Below the pieces are notes generated by a model. It was given only the letters and a program-made list of their open reading frames with translations, did no database searches and was not told the origin of the DNA. From Squalus acanthias (lineage: Eukaryota): a stretch of DNA of 64,000 bases. Made by a program: the position numbers and the translations under genes. Shown here in pieces: positions 12,631-26,874 of the stretch (position 1 is the first letter of the stretch; every line of letters starts with the position of its first letter). The stretch spans positions 114,702,001 through 114,766,000 of the forward strand of contig CM059431.1 in assembly GCA_030390025.1 (NCBI GenBank). Direction: 5' to 3'.

Positions 12631-14509
12631 TGATATAAACAATTCAACAAGTATTAATAGCAGATAGAGGAATCAAAATCATAACTAAAAAAAAAAATCA
12701 CAATCCAAAAACCTTAATGCAGCAGTTATTGGAAGACGTGAAGAAATCTGACTTTGCTGATGCAGTCACCACCATTTACACCATCCATGCTCATCACATC
12801 ATATCGGGCAAATATTGCAAATCATTTTGCATTACCATTGGAGTCAATTACTATGTATTAAGTAAAACTGACTTATCTTAGTGACACTGTCTACAGCATC
12901 TGCATTTCACAGGTTTTATTGACAGCTGTAAAAGTGACGTAAATATCCACAAATTCCCCAAATGGAATCAAAATTAAGATTGATTCAAATGTAAAATTAT
13001 AGTCAAATCAAATAGTTTAAAAAAAATCATAGTATACATTTCTGTACCAAGTTGAAGAGGTCTGTTCACAAGGTAGAAAATGGAAAAGGATATTAACATA
13101 GATCTGGTGCTAGTTTTAACAAATGTAATATACTCAGAGGTAATTCCCCAATATATTCAACATACAGGTAAGAATTTATAGATTGATAAAATCCAGTTAG
13201 CCCAGCATAAGGCTATTTACTTCCAATCAACCAGGTTTGATTTGCAATGACAGGGACCTCTTCCAAACTCACTGGATGCTCTGAGGCAGCTCAGCAACCA
13301 CAGGTGAAACTTTCTAAGATAAAACTGAAATCTCTCCCTGACTGCTGAAGTTAAACAAACAAAAACGACCAGATCAGCCTACAAAATTCAAGTCTGGTCA
13401 GTGAATTTCACAGATGAAATTTCCATGATACCAACAGCACTGGAACAATACAGCATGAGCATCTGCAGCAATAAATAATGTTCAATTTCCAGAAGAAACC
13501 TTTGAATCTCTTATGCACTAGTCACCTGGCTATAGAGGTAAGAATATTGCTTTTGATTTCATTCCATGATTTATTAATACAACTCATCAATGCACTGGTT
13601 TTCATCATGAAAGCCTTTTTTAAAAAAAAACTATATAGAACACAACTTAAAAATCTGTGACATATCATACTGGCAGAAATGGCATACATTTTTCATACCC
13701 TATTGCAAAACTGAATCAAGATATTGGCGAAATTATAGGAAAGCACCATGACAGATCACTGTTCAACATAAATCATAAACTAGTATCTAAATCATTCAAA
13801 ACTCAATCCTTTATGTAAGATTTTTTAATGCTATACTCCAATTCAAGTGCATTCAAATCAAGGAAGCATGAATTCACATTTCAGCACCCTGTCACCCACC
13901 AAAGATTGCATTTGATTCTGGAGTTTCGTACTCATTTGTTCAACTAAGTCCTACAGGTTTGAAAAAGTACGGCCTTTCATTTCCAAGATAAGGAAAAATG
14001 GCTCTGGATCAAGGATAGACACTTATGTAATCTTACCATCTCAACCAGGTGGTTGAATCTGGAATGGCAAAAAAAAAGGCAGACATTCAGCTTCCTTCAC
14101 TCCGTAGTTCCCAACTGTGGAAAGAATGGATTGCGACATTGCCAATATCCAGTCCCCCTTTTGTCATCTGTTGGTGACTAACTTGAAGATAGAGAAATGG
14201 AAAAAAAAAAGTGACAAAAGGCTTTCACCTATTTGCATTTCAGCAAGATAATACAAACAGAGCAGATTAATCATACAATAGGCATCAGCAACTTTCTACA
14301 ATGTGCTGGAAATACCAGGTAAATCTCCCAGCCCTGACCCTTTACCACCAAAACAGCAGCAAGATCTTGGAAACGCCATCAACTCCAAGTCATACACCAT
14401 CCGAACTTGGACAGAAATCACCATTCATCATTACTGGGTCAAAAATGCTCCTGTCCTCTTTGGTCCTCTTCTGTCCACTTTAAATTGCCAGTTACCTCTT
14501 CTGGTGCTG

Positions 14510-14601
14510 CAGCAGCACCGAGATTCCCTTCAGCAGCACCGGGATTCCCTTCAGCAGCACCGAGATTCCCTTCAGCAGCACCGAGATTCCCTTCAGCAGC
14601 A
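14510..14601 (+). repeat. 21-bp minisatellite, 4.4 units (cagcagcaccgagattccctt)
   Basis: Direct reading. Lies inside a decayed LINE 3' fragment (about 14290-14680). Confidence 0.95.
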
Positions 14602-15916
14602 AGCTCCCTCTTGGTGACAGTGATCCTGTGAGCATCTTGCCCTGCATGCCTAATTAACCCCAATCCAAGAAAATCAGGTTATGGCGAGGTTGGATGGACA
14701 GTCAGCAGTCCCACCCAACTGCAAAGAGGGAAATTCTATTTGTCTGGGTCATTGTGATGAGAAAGGTCTTCCTGGCATTTAGCGCCATGCTTTGCTTTGT
14801 CAGTATTTTGATTAAAGGATGCTGAAAAGGACTAAGAATCTTGAAACTATTTGATAGGTTCACCTCAGAAAATAGTTCAATGCACTGTTGAAAGTTAAGT
14901 ACTGCTTGTGTTAATTGATTTTTTTTGCTTCCATATAATTTTACTTCATACAATATTAAATTAGTTGTTTAACTTGAGATACATGGTCTGTCATTGCTGG
15001 TTTGGAAAGAGTTCAGAAGCATATGCTATAATGTTGAACTATTTCCGACACATACGTGACATAATTGGCTCGCTGTATAAAACTTATGCATTTTCAAACC
15101 CACGATCTGGCCTATGAAGGTGAGTTTCTTGAAAGTGTGACAGGATTACTTTTGGCTTTTTGGATTGTTTTTATTACAGTTTGCTGTATTATTTTTCAAT
15201 TTTTGTATTGATTTACTTTTCTTTTCTCACATCCTACTATTGAAGGGAATATCAATTTGAGAACATACATTGATTGAGTATTCCTTTGGGAATTCCTCTA
15301 TGAACTAGAGGATGAGGAATTCCAGAGGAATACACAGAGGACTATCCCAAGCCACACTTACACAAGATCTAAATAGACCCTCCCAGAGTTACTTGAAAAT
15401 ATCTGAGGAGAGCGACCTTCACCCACTTAATCTGAAGCAGGGGGGCAGTCTTAGAACATTAGTCTTCTGCAGTCCAAGCTGCAAATTTCATCCAGGACTG
15501 GAATAACACTGCCTGTGAAAGTAACCACTACTATGAACTTCTATGCAACTGAGTACCTTCAAGCTGCCTTGAGTAACCGTGCTCAAAACTGCCGATCTAC
15601 GCTGCACCACTACATGCATCACATGCCTTGCTTACCAGGGTTAATGACTATCACTTTCCGCACAGAAAGCTACCAGCAACAGGCGAGGACTCTGCACTTT
15701 TTCCAGAGTGGCTAAATTCAAAAAAATGCAGGATTTCTTCGATGAAACTCATAGTTGCACAAGTTCCTTTCAACAATGCTATAGATTTTATGAATAGGAA
15801 GTTTTGTTCAATTAATTTATATATGCAAAAAGATGGGTCACAAAACAAATTGCTGCTCTGTAAGAGGGTGGGGAATAGTCAGGGAAACGGATTGCTGCCT
15901 TGAATTGAGAGATTGG

Positions 15917-17152
15917 AACATAAGAAATAGATGCAGGAGTAGGCCATTCGGCCCTTCGAGCCTGCTCCGCCATTCAATGAGATCATGGCGGATCTTCTGC
16001 CTCAATTCCATTCACTGGCCTTATCTCCATATCCCTTGATGCCCTTACTAGTCAGAAATCTATCAACTTCTGTTTTGAATATACCCAATGACTGAGCCTC
16101 CACAGCCCTCTGGGGTAGAGAATTCCAAAGATTCACCACCCTCTGAAGAAATTTCTTCTCATCTCAGTCCTGAATGGCCTACCCTTTATCCTGAGGCTGT
16201 GGCCCCTGGTTCTAGACTCCCCAGCCAAGGGAAACATTCTCCTAGCATCCACCCTATCAAGCCCTGTAATCATTTTGTATGCTTCAATGAGATCCCCTCT
16301 CATTCTTCTGAATTCAAGAGAATACAGGCCTAGTTTACTCAATCTCTTCTCATATGACAGTCCCGCCATCCCAGGAATCAATCTCGTGAACCTTCGTTGC
16401 ACTCCCTCTATGGCAAGTATATCCTTCCTTAGGTAAGGAGGAGACCAAAATTGTACACAGTACTCCAGGTGTGGTCTCACCAAGGCCCTATATAATTGGA
16501 GTAAGACTTCTTTACTCCTGTACTCAAATCCTCTTGTAATGAAGGCCAGCATACCATTTGCCTTCCTAATGGCTTGCTGCACCTCCACATTCACTTTCAG
16601 TGACTCATGTACAAGGACACCCAGGTCCCTTTGAGCATCTGCATTCCCCAATCTTTCACCATTTAGGAAATACTCTGCCTTTCTGTTTTTTCTACCAAAG
16701 TGGATAACTTCACATTTATCCACATTATATTCCATCTGCCATGTTCTCGCCCACTCACTGAGCCTGTCAAGATCCCCTTGAAGCCTCTTCGCAACTGACA
16801 CTGCCACCTAGCTTTGTATCATCAGCAAATTTGGAAATGTTAGATTTAGTCCCCTCATCCAAATCATTGATATAGATTGTGAATAGGTGGGGCCCAAGCA
16901 CCGATCCTTGCAGAACTCCACTAGTCACAGCCTGCCATCCTGAAAAAGACCCGTTTATCCCTACTCTTTGTTTTCTGTCTGTTAGCCAATTCTCAATCCA
17001 TGCTAGTATATTACCCCCAATTCCATGTGCCCTAATTTTGTTCACCAACCTCTTGTGTGGGACCTTATCGAAGGCCTTCTGAAAATCCAAATACATCACA
17101 TCTACCGGTTCCCCTTTGTCTACTCCACTAGTTACATCCTCAAAGAACTCCA
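15917..17152 (-). mobile_element. CR1-clade LINE (HER1-like), 5'-truncated
   Basis: ORFs 16767..17153 and 16133..16807: [48 protein letters not shown]1 3' UTR. Confidence 0.95.
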
Positions 17153-17185
17153 AAGGCTCAGGGACGGTAGTGGGTTTAACAATAA

Positions 17186-17400
17186 TGTCTCAATCTCTCC
17201 TGCTTTCTATCCCACCACTGACCTTCCCTTTTGTTCTTTCATCCCCTCCCTCTTTTCCCAGCTTTATACTTGCTTTAAATCTATTTCATTTCCTGCTTTT
17301 TTCCAGTTCTGACGAAAGGTCTTCGACCTGAAACGTTAACTCTGTTTCTCTCTCCACGGATGCTGCCTGGCCTGCTGAGTTTTTCCAGCGTTTTCAGTTA
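17186..17400 (+). mobile_element. Solo Penelope terminal-repeat fragment with 10-bp TSD
   Basis: Similar to 10600-10880. ttaacaataa at 17176-17185 and 17401-17410. Confidence 0.85.
17305..17341 (+). ncRNA. Minimal type I hammerhead ribozyme-like motif
   Basis: AGTT CTGACGA a AGGTC ttc GACCT GAAA C GTT AACT: intact core, 5-bp stem II, palindromic AACGTT in place of stem III, 4-bp stem I. Confidence 0.7.
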
Positions 17401-17747
17401 TTAACAATAACTTTGTTGGCTGTACAATGACCGACACCAAAGGGAATCTGGCCGTGCACTTAAACCCATTGAATGAGTCACCCACAGAAGGCTTGCATAA
17501 TATGGGGTTAGTCTGACACTAGTACACCCACATCTGGTGCAGTGATCAGTAGGGTATGCAGAAGTAGTACGCACATCCTCCCAATTGATAAACTCTATAA
17601 AGACTCCTAGAATAGCACAGGCTGTATTTAAGTACCTTCTGCATTTAATGACTAAAAATATTCCATTTATTTAAGAACAAAATCCATGCTCATAAATAGA
17701 ATAAAAAGAAAGGAACAGTGGTAAATCTCACTCATTTGACAGGAAGA

Positions 17748-18020
17748 TCACAGAATCCCCACAGTGCAGATAGAGGCCATTTCGGCCCATCGAGCCTGCA
17801 CCGACACATATCCCACCCTATCCCCACGTATTTAATCCCCCTAACACGAAGGGTCAATTTATCATAGCCAAATCAACCTAACCCGCACATCTTTGGACTG
17901 TGGGAGGAAACCGGAGCAAACCCACGCAGACACGGGGAGAATGTGCAAACTCCACACAGACAGTCACCCGGGTCCCTGGCGCTGTGAGGCAACAGTGCTA
18001 ACCACTATGCCACCGTGTTG
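17748..18020 (-). mobile_element. HE1-like V-SINE (tRNA head, V-domain, CR1-derived tail)
   Basis: Minus strand cacggtggcatagtggttagcactgttgcctcacagcgccagggacccgg...tgtgtggagtttgcacattctccccgtgtctgcgtgggttt, with tail gatgggccgaaatggcctc. Confidence 0.85.
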
Positions 18021-18148
18021 CACTCTCAACACTCAGCTGATTTCTACCTTCATCTGTCACTAGTTAAAATATATTTTTCATTTATAAAATAGTGCCATTC
18101 CCCTAAGAATATATCATGAGCAGAAGTGAGACATAACTATAATAAGCG

Positions 18149-18297
18149 AGGTCGATGGCCTTTCCTCAGGACCTTCATCGACCTGAAACGTTAACTCGAT
18201 TTCTCTCCACAGATGCTGCCTGACCTGTTGAGTGCTTCCAGCATTTTCTGTTTTTATTTTCGATTTCCATCATCCGCAAGATTTTGCTTTTGTTTTA
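18149..18297 (+). mobile_element. Short Penelope terminal-repeat fragment with 5' micro-inversion
   Basis: catcgacctgaaacgttaactc...ctccacagatgctgcctgacctg, preceded by the inverted aggtcgatggcctttcctcag. Confidence 0.75.
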
Positions 18298-20093
18298 CAA
18301 TAACAAGTGAGTTTGACTACACAATGCATGAGTTGACAATCAATCATTTAGCGAAGTTCAGTCTCATAACTTTGTCAGTATATTTCTAGTTTTGCATTTT
18401 GGATTTCTTCATTCTCGTCAATGGGCTGGGAAACCAATGAGAGAATGGAATATTTAACGTTCCCCATTGTGTGTCACATTTTTACAAAAGAAGCTGGCCA
18501 CCAACTTCAAAATCCCCCTTAGTGAGCAGCAGCAGAAGGCAAGTCAATAGCTCCAAAAATGTAACATGTACAGTAATCCGGGCGCTAGCTCAAATTTCCA
18601 GCTTTCAAACTGATTTGTTTAGTAGAAGGGGAAAAGGGAAAGTGAGAGAAAGGTGGGAGGGAAAAATTGGTAGCAATAGATCACAAAAACAGTTAGCTGA
18701 CTGGAAATAAGTTACAGAAGAAACTTAAATTTGCTGAATAATTTGAAATTGTTGCATTTATATGCAATTAAAGAGGGAAGCAATAAATAGGAAACAAGGT
18801 CATGTTACTGTCCACACAGGCAGCATTTGTGCACTGGATTCTAAATGAACTGCTGAGCCCTATAATCTTCCACATTTTTGACACTAAAACCACTGAATAT
18901 CCCAATTTTGCCACTATATATTTGACAGCACTTTATAGGAGTAAAGGGAAGGCATTAATGCATATTAAAAGCTTGCATTCTTTGAATCAGGCTTCCATGT
19001 CAAAGCAGTGCAAATCCTTGTCATTGTTATTTTATGCTCGTTTGGAGCTACATGTAGATCATGGAGTCATTAGAGATACAGACTGGGCTCAAGCTCCCAC
19101 AATTGCATTTCAGAGCAACAGAATATTTTCTTTATTATACCTAGCTGAAGACACAGTATTATTCTACAGTTAATGTCCATCTACTAATGGCCCAAATTGA
19201 TGTAAAACATGCTGAACACATTAAAATAAAGCCCTTGAACAGACTAAAGCTATTCTTTACATCACCATTAACAAAAATATCAATAGGCAGCAGATTACTT
19301 AACAAGCAGAAAAGCAGATCTCTCAGCCACTCAATACCTTTTTCGCATGATGGCTGTCTTTCTTCCAAAGGTTTTGTAATACAAACACAAGCAAAAAATA
19401 ACCGCACACTTCCCCATCCATCAATATTAATCTCACACATTACAAATACCTCATCCATTCATCTTGCAGACACAAATTAGCAATTCAAGAGTTTTAACAA
19501 ATGAGCCTCTAAATGTAAACTTATTAGGTCATATATTTTTACTGCACACTGTGCTGTGCTCTCTGCAGATCTGCTCTCTTCAGTGCATGTTTTCTTGTTC
19601 CGTGTTATTGATGAAAGTCAACTAATCACATTTTTAATGTTGTCTTTGGGGGAAAGTGCTCGAGTCAATGTAGGAACTAAAATGTGGAATGAATCCATTC
19701 CATTAAATGCCAAAGATAATTTTTTTTTTAAACCAGAGAGAAATATTTTCCACACGTAATATTGGCCATGTCACTCGTACTCAATATAAAGAAATGCCAG
19801 CATAATTTCTTTGAATGTTCCATGATTAATTGTAAACCGTAGGGAAAAAGAACACTGATCAAACATTTGTACTAGTCAATGTGTACACAATTAACAGCCA
19901 AAATACAATATAACTATAACTTTTCTTCAACATTTCAAGATAAAGGATAAGCACAGACAGGACCGAACAAGTATTTCATGTAATATGATGGTTCCTGTGC
20001 TGCGAAAACCATGGAGATGCCATCTGTCAGAAGAAACTGAAGAGCTGCATAATATAGGTTTTATGTTAGAGAAAGTTGTACACTGCCCTTGGA

Positions 20094-22408
20094 AGAACAT
20101 ACGAAATAGGAGCAGGAGTAGGTCATTTGGCCCCTCGAGCCTGCTCCGCCATTCAAAAAGATCATGGCTGATCTTCTACCTCAACTCCACTTTCCTGCAC
20201 AATCCCCATATCCCTTGATTCCCTTAATATCTGAAAATCTATCGATCTCTGTCTTGAATATACTCAACAACTGAGCCTCCACAGCCCTCTGGGGTAGAGA
20301 ATTCCAAAGATTCACCACCCTCCAGTGAAGAGATTTCTCCTCATCTCAGTCCTAAATGGCTGACCCCTTATTCTGAGCCTGTGGCCCCCTGGTTCTAGAC
20401 TCCCCAGCCAGGGGAAACATCCTCCCTGCATCTAACCTGTCAAGCCCTATAAGAATTTTGTATGTTTCAATGAAATCACCTCTCATTCTTCTAAATTCTA
20501 GAGAATATAGGCCTAGTCTACCCAATCTCTCCTCATAGGACAATCCCCCCATCCCAGGAATCAATTTGGTAAACCTTTGTTGCACTCCCTCTATGGCAAG
20601 TATATCCTTCCTTAGGTAAGGAGACCAGAACTGTACACAATACTCCAGGTGTGGTCTCACCAGGGTCCTATATAATTGCAGTAAGACGTCTTTACTCTTA
20701 TAGTCAAATCCTCTTGTAATAAAGGTCAACATGCCATTTGCTTTCCTAATTGTTTGCTGTACCTGCATGTTAACTTTCAGTGATTTGTATACAAGGACAC
20801 CCAGGTCCCTCTGAACACCAACATCTCTCACCATATACAAAATACTCTGCTTTTCTATTTTTCCTGCCAAAGTGGCTAACTTCACATTTCTCCACATTAT
20901 ATTCCATTTGCCATGTTCTTGCCCACTCTCAGCCTGTCTATATCCCCTTGAAGCCTCTTTGCATCCTCCTAACAACTTACATTCCCACCTAGCTTTGTAC
21001 CAGCAAACTTGGATATATTACATTTGGTCCCCTCATCCAAATTATTGATATAGATTGTGAATAGCTGAGGCCCAAGCACTAATCCTTGCGGTACCCTACT
21101 AGTTACAGCCTGCCAACCCGAAAATGGCCTGTTTATTCCTACTCTCTGTTTTCTGTCCGTTAACCAATCCTCAATCCATGCTGGTATATGACCCCCAATC
21201 CGATGAGCCCTAATTTTGTTTAATAACCTCTTGTGTGGCACCTTATCGAATGCCTTCTGAAAATCCAAATACACCACATCCACTGGTTCCCCCTTATCTA
21301 TTCTGCTAGTTACAACCTCAAAAAATTCTAACAGATTTGTCAAACACAATTTCCCTTTCATAAATCAGTGCTGACTCTGCCCAATCCTATTATTTTCTAG
21401 GTGCCCTGTTACCACGTCCTCTAATAGATTCTAGCATTTTCCCTACTACTGATGTCAGGCTAACTGGTCTGTAGTTCGTTTTCTCTCTCCCTCCTCTCTT
21501 AAATAGTGGGGTTACATTTGCTACCTTCCAATCTGCGGGAACCATTCTAGAATCTATGGAATTTTGGAAAATGACAACCTATGCATCCACTATCTCTATA
21601 ACCACCACTTTCAAAACCCTCGGATGCAGGCCATCAGGTCCAGGGGATTTATCGGCTTTCAGTCCCATTAATTTCTCCAGTACTATTTTTTTTTTTTACT
21701 AACACTAATTTCAGTTCCTCATTCTTGCTAGACGACTTGGTTCTCCACTATTTCCAGGAAGTTTTTTGCGTCTTCTTCCGTGAAGACAAAGTATTTGAGT
21801 AATTTCTCTTCCATTTCCTTATTCCCCATTATATCTCCTGTCGCAGGCTGTAAGGGACCCACAATTACTTTTGCCAATCTTTTCCTTTTTACATACCTAT
21901 TGAAGCATTTAGTCTGTTTTTATGTCTCTTGCTAGTTTACTCTCATATTCTATTTTCCCCTTTCTTTATCGATTTCTTGGTCCTCCTTTGCTGAATTCTA
22001 AAATACTCCCAATCCTCAGGGTTACTACTCATTTTGGCAACATTATAAGCCTCTTCCTTTGATCTAATACTATCTTTAACTTCTCTTGTTAGCCATGGTT
22101 GGACCACTTTTCCTGTGGGGTTTTTGTGCTTTAAAGGAATGTATATTTGTTATAAATTATGTATTAATTCTTTAAAGACTAGCCATTGCTTCTCGACCGT
22201 CATACCTTTTAATGTAGTTTCCCAATCTACCTTAGCTAAACCGCCCCTCATACCTACGTAGTTTGCTTTATTTAGATTCAAGACCCTAGTTTCAGATTGA
22301 ACTAAATCACTTACAAACTCAATATAACATTTTATCATATTATGATCACTCTTCCCTAAAGGCCCCTTTACAACAAGGTTATTAATTAACCCTTTCTCAT
22401 TGCACAAT
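20094..22408 (-). mobile_element. CR1-clade LINE, about 2.3 kb (endonuclease end, RT and 3' UTR), frameshifted
   Basis: ORFs 22150..22407 (PLGKSDHNMI), 20969..21361 (CLTNLLEFFE...[12 protein letters not shown]) and 20352..20975. Confidence 0.95.
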
Positions 22409-23439
22409 ACTTGATGGCCGAAATTATTTTTTGCCGTGCTTTCCTATATTGCATTCAATATATTCAGTGGGGAATTTGTTAATATGTTTAAATTGGCACC
22501 AAAAGTTTTTTTGCCCCTCTCCAAGACCCTCTCCATTTTTATGCAAGAAAATATTCATTTGGCTATTTCCAAGATAAAAAAATGTATTGCTGCCATGGTG
22601 ACCCTTAGGCAGGGAGCCCCTTCCTGTTGGGTCACTCTAATTATGTCAATTGTGGAGGGGGCAGATTCCAGAGTGGTCAATTGTAAACAGACAGAGCCAC
22701 TCTCACTAGAAACCCAAGCAATAGGCTTACAGTGCACATTTCCCAGCTTGTAGCATGGTTTCTCAGTGTTGCGCAGCTGCACAGCAGACCACAGGTTGGC
22801 CTGATGGGGGAAATACTTCACTAAGACTCTCCTTCCAGTTTAACTTTTATAAAAAGTTACTTTCTTGGGTGATATGCAGACATGCATAGTGGGATACAGC
22901 TTTAATTCTACCAATAGTATAATTCGGTGTTGCATTGTGCATTTTGTTTGCATTTGTGAACCAAAAAAGGAGCATAATTTTAACAGTTTGTCAAAAATGT
23001 TATTTTTTCCCCCCCCACTTCAAATGTCTATTCGTTATTGCTCAAAAGAAACTTAACCTATGTAGATTTTACTGCCTTCCTGCCCTTAAATGTTCATAAC
23101 TGTAATTTGTAACACAAAATAGTCATTTACTTTGGTCTGAATTACCAATTTTTGCTTAATTTTCTTCTATTCTGCCTATTTTCCATTTTTACTTTGAGTA
23201 TAATTACTGCTTTTTAAAAAAAAATACATCACCTTACATTTACTGACATTGAACTGCATTTGCCACTTTTTAGGCCATTCACCCATCTTATCAAAACCCT
23301 TTGCAACTTTCTTTGGTCTCGTAAAGAATTAACTGTACATCCTATTCTAGCATCATCAAATTGGGACACCACTCCCTTTAGGCTTATATCCAAATCACTA
23401 ATATGCAGTGGACAGAAACAGTCGTGGGACCCTGTGATA

Positions 23440-23860
23440 TGGTAGTGTTGTGGTTATGTTACTGGACTAGTAAATACAGATCCCTGGACTAATGAGAGGC
23501 CTGGATTAATATGAATAGAGAATGAGTTTAAATCCCACCATGGCAGTTTGAGAAAAATCTGGAAATAAAATGGTATCAGTAAAAAGTGACCATGAAGCGG
23601 TCGGATTTTCATACAAACCCAACTGATTCACTAATGTGCTTCATGGAAGGAAATCTGCTGTCCTTACCCGGTCTATATGTGACTCCAGTTCCACACCAAT
23701 GTCGACGACTCTTAACTGTTCTTTGAAGTGGCCCAGCAAGCCACTCAATTGTATCATATCGCTATCAGCAGTTCAAAACAACAGGCTACCTCCACCTTCT
23801 CAGGGCAACTAGGAAAGGGAAATAAATGCTGGCCTTGCCAGCAATGCCCATATCCTGAGA
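23440..23860 (+). mobile_element. tRNA-derived SINE inserted in an old CR1 fragment (about 23200-24030, minus)
   Basis: A/B-box-like head (ggtagtgttgtggttatgttactggactag...gagtttaaatccc). Tail caccttctcagggcaactagg...aataaatgctggccttgccagc is shared with LINE tails at 25530-25670, 26875-27100 and 34000-34110. Confidence 0.7.
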
Positions 23861-26139
23861 ATTATTTTTTTTTTAAAAACTAGTCATCAACTCCTACTCG
23901 GTTTTCTCCCTCTAACCAATTTTTAATGAAGTTAGCCATCCTTCCCCATAATTCCATACTGGTTAATCTTCTCTATTAACCTCCAGTGTGGTAGCTTGTT
24001 AAAGACTTTCCTGAAGTTCATGTACACTGTTGAATTTCATGTATTTACTCCTGAAATAAAGGCCAAATTGGTGCCCTTTCTAAACATGTAATTGAATAAG
24101 TTACCTTTAATCCTTGAAATGCCAGTAATGGTATATGTTATGGTAGCCCTATGATGTTGCAGGTTAGTGATTAGAGAAAGACCTAAATAAAATGTTAAGA
24201 TAGTGGAGATGTTTTCGATCATGACAAAATTGTTGATTTTTGCACAAAGTAATATTTCCTTTGCAATCCATAATCCAACGACAAGACTGTCATACATTAA
24301 AGGGGGGTAAAATTACAGAATGAAAATGGGGGTTTTCTGATGTAGGGAATAGGAATGCATTTTCATTAGGTTTATTAAATGCGCCAAAATTTCTCTTGTC
24401 CGTCACTTGCTGATTTGAAGGTTGCTGCTGGCGCTTAGCACTGAGTATTTAGTGAAGGTTTATATACACATTAGATTCTTCACATCCAGTTCCATATTGC
24501 ACAGAGATGTTCCTAACCAAGTAAATTCTGAAACTGTACCATTTGCTGCCAGTTATGGATCAGCTTTCATGATTTTACCTTTGGCTGCAATTTGACATTA
24601 GGTCTTCAATGATCTGAATTTGCTCTTTGGAGAGTTGAACCAATTACAAAACTCAAAAGTTTGGATTAAAAGGCAGCTTCAATTAATCCAAATGCCATCT
24701 GAAGCATCCGTGGATCTGAGATCATATACTAATGTAATGCCCTTGCTTCACGAGGAATTGTGCAAAATTGTAAATGCAACCCACAGAAAAATCAGACCAC
24801 CCTCAGCCACCTCCTCTAAATGGCACAAGTCACATTCAGAAACATGATCTTGCATTAGTACTGCAACCCCACTAGCATTAGCTCCATCGCCCCCATCCAA
24901 AATTGTGACTTTATCCAATTCAGCTGCTGATTGAACAGAGCCAGTATTTTCCCAGATTTACTGCCAGTGAGTGTTCGGGGAGAGGGAGGCGAGTGTGCTA
25001 AAGCAGTTTCACCACTGCTGTAATTAGGCTGTTAATGTAGCCACGACACTGTTGCGACTCCAACCTTTGCTCAGTCTGCTAATAGAAGTTCGAATGTTAA
25101 CGAGATCCCCACAAATGAGCAAGAACAGTTCTCCTTTCAGTCACGGGGCAGATATTGTAAGACGAGAGCTGGATTAAGAATTCTTGGTGCCCTGGATAAT
25201 AAGAACATTTGGGGCCCCTATGCATGCCCAGCAAATCCATCATTATTAAAACATAAATGTGTAATAGTATGCCCGTAGAATGCTTACACACTGCAATAAT
25301 AAAGCAGCATTTCTAAATGCTAGAATCAATGGTTGTATGCAGGTTGTGTGTGTTCTGAAGAGTTTTACTGGGGGCTCCATATTTGCAGAGCTCCTGAGCA
25401 TGGGCCCCCTAGGCCCATGCATTAATCCTCCCCGTAGAAGAGTGTCAAAATTACAGCCAAAAAGAGGTGGTCGCATTGCTGACACCCACTTAATTTACCA
25501 CCCACTACATGGCAACCATAGGCAACAGCACTGTGGGAGTACCTTCACCACACGGACTGCAGCGGTTCAAGGCGGCGGCTCACCACCACCTTCCCAAGGA
25601 CAATTAGGGATGGGCAATAAATGCTGACCTTGCCAGCGACGCCCTGATCCCTTGAACAAATAAAAAAAAATCCCAGAAATAAAACCACAGGAAAAAGAGG
25701 CACTTTTCAGGAAAACAAGGAAATTTGAAGAGAAACAGATTTCTTTTGCTGCTCTCCTATCCCTGCTCCATGAGTAATTTAATGTTTAACAGGATTTAAA
25801 CATAAAAAAAAAATAAAGTTGTTTGCTACAAAAATAAATTGAACATGTATGTATGTATGCACTGTCTATCTCCCTCCGGCTACCAGTGCAATACTTTATA
25901 CAGATAGTTGCCAGATTCTACAGTGTTTCACTGGAAATGTTTATATATTTAAGCAATGCATTGCACATTTATGTTCTTATGCTTGAACGTGTGCAGAGTA
26001 TTCATGGTATTGATGAAAGTCGGAGCCCCAAGTCCAGCATCTATAATCTAGTGACACTAAGAAATCAATATTATACAATGTGCTTGCTATTGCTGGCTAA
26101 GTTAATAGAATAAAGGCTTACTGCAAGAGCAGAATAGCA

Positions 26140-26740
26140 TCAACAACAACTTGTATTTATGTAACGCCTTTAACATAGTAAAACATCCCAAGGCGCTGCA
26201 CAGGAGTATTATAAAAGACAACAAAATTTGACACTGGGCCATACAAGGAGAAATTAGGGCAGATGACCAAAAGCTTGGTCAAAGAGGTAGGTTTTAAGGA
26301 GCATCTTAAAGGAGGAAAGAGAGGTAGAGAGACAGAGAGGTTTAGGGAGGGAATTCCAGAGCTTAGGGCCTAGGCAGCAGAAGGCACGGCCACCAATGGT
26401 GGAGCGATTAAAATCAGGGGTGATCAAGAGGGCAGAATTAGAGGAGTATAGATATCTCGGGTTGGGGCTGGAGGAGATTACAAAGATCGGGAGGGGCAAG
26501 GCCATGGAGGGATTTGAAAACAAGGATGAGAATTTTGACATTCGAGGCATTTCTTAACCAGAAGCCAATGTAGGTCAGCGAGCACAGGGGTGATGGGTGA
26601 ACGGGACTTGGTGCGAGTTAGGACACAGGCAGCCGAGTTTTGGATGACCTCAAGTTTACGTAGGGTAGAACGTGGGAGGCCAGCCAGGAGTGCATTGGAA
26701 TAGTTAAGTCTAAAAGGTAACAAAGGCATGGATGAGGATT
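26140..26740 (-). mobile_element. L2-clade LINE 3' fragment
   Basis: ORFs 26478..26729 (LNYSNALLAGLP...IQNSAA...ITPVLADLHWL) and 26254..26550 (GGRAF...GPKLWNSLP...LKTYLF). Confidence 0.9.
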
Positions 26741-26874
26741 ACTCAGACAGTGAGTAAAGGCAAACAGGAACTGGTTAATGTATTGCAACAGGCTTTTGTT
26801 GAAATTATAAATCTACTAATTTTTCACATAATACTCTTTTTTTTTTTCAGTCAATTTTAGTCTTTTTTTTTGTA

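Noticed and set aside
14303..14663. Repetitive ORFs (QQHRDSL, AAPRFPS, AAEGNLG) as a novel protein, or the array as a CRISPR
   Set aside because: Explained by a 21-bp tandem repeat in a LINE remnant. No spacers and no splice context, in a eukaryotic locus.
13000..25200. Conserved non-coding enhancers in repeat-free stretches downstream of RBM26 (e.g. about 19200-19500, 24880-25130)
   Set aside because: Plausible, but cannot be supported without cross-species alignment.
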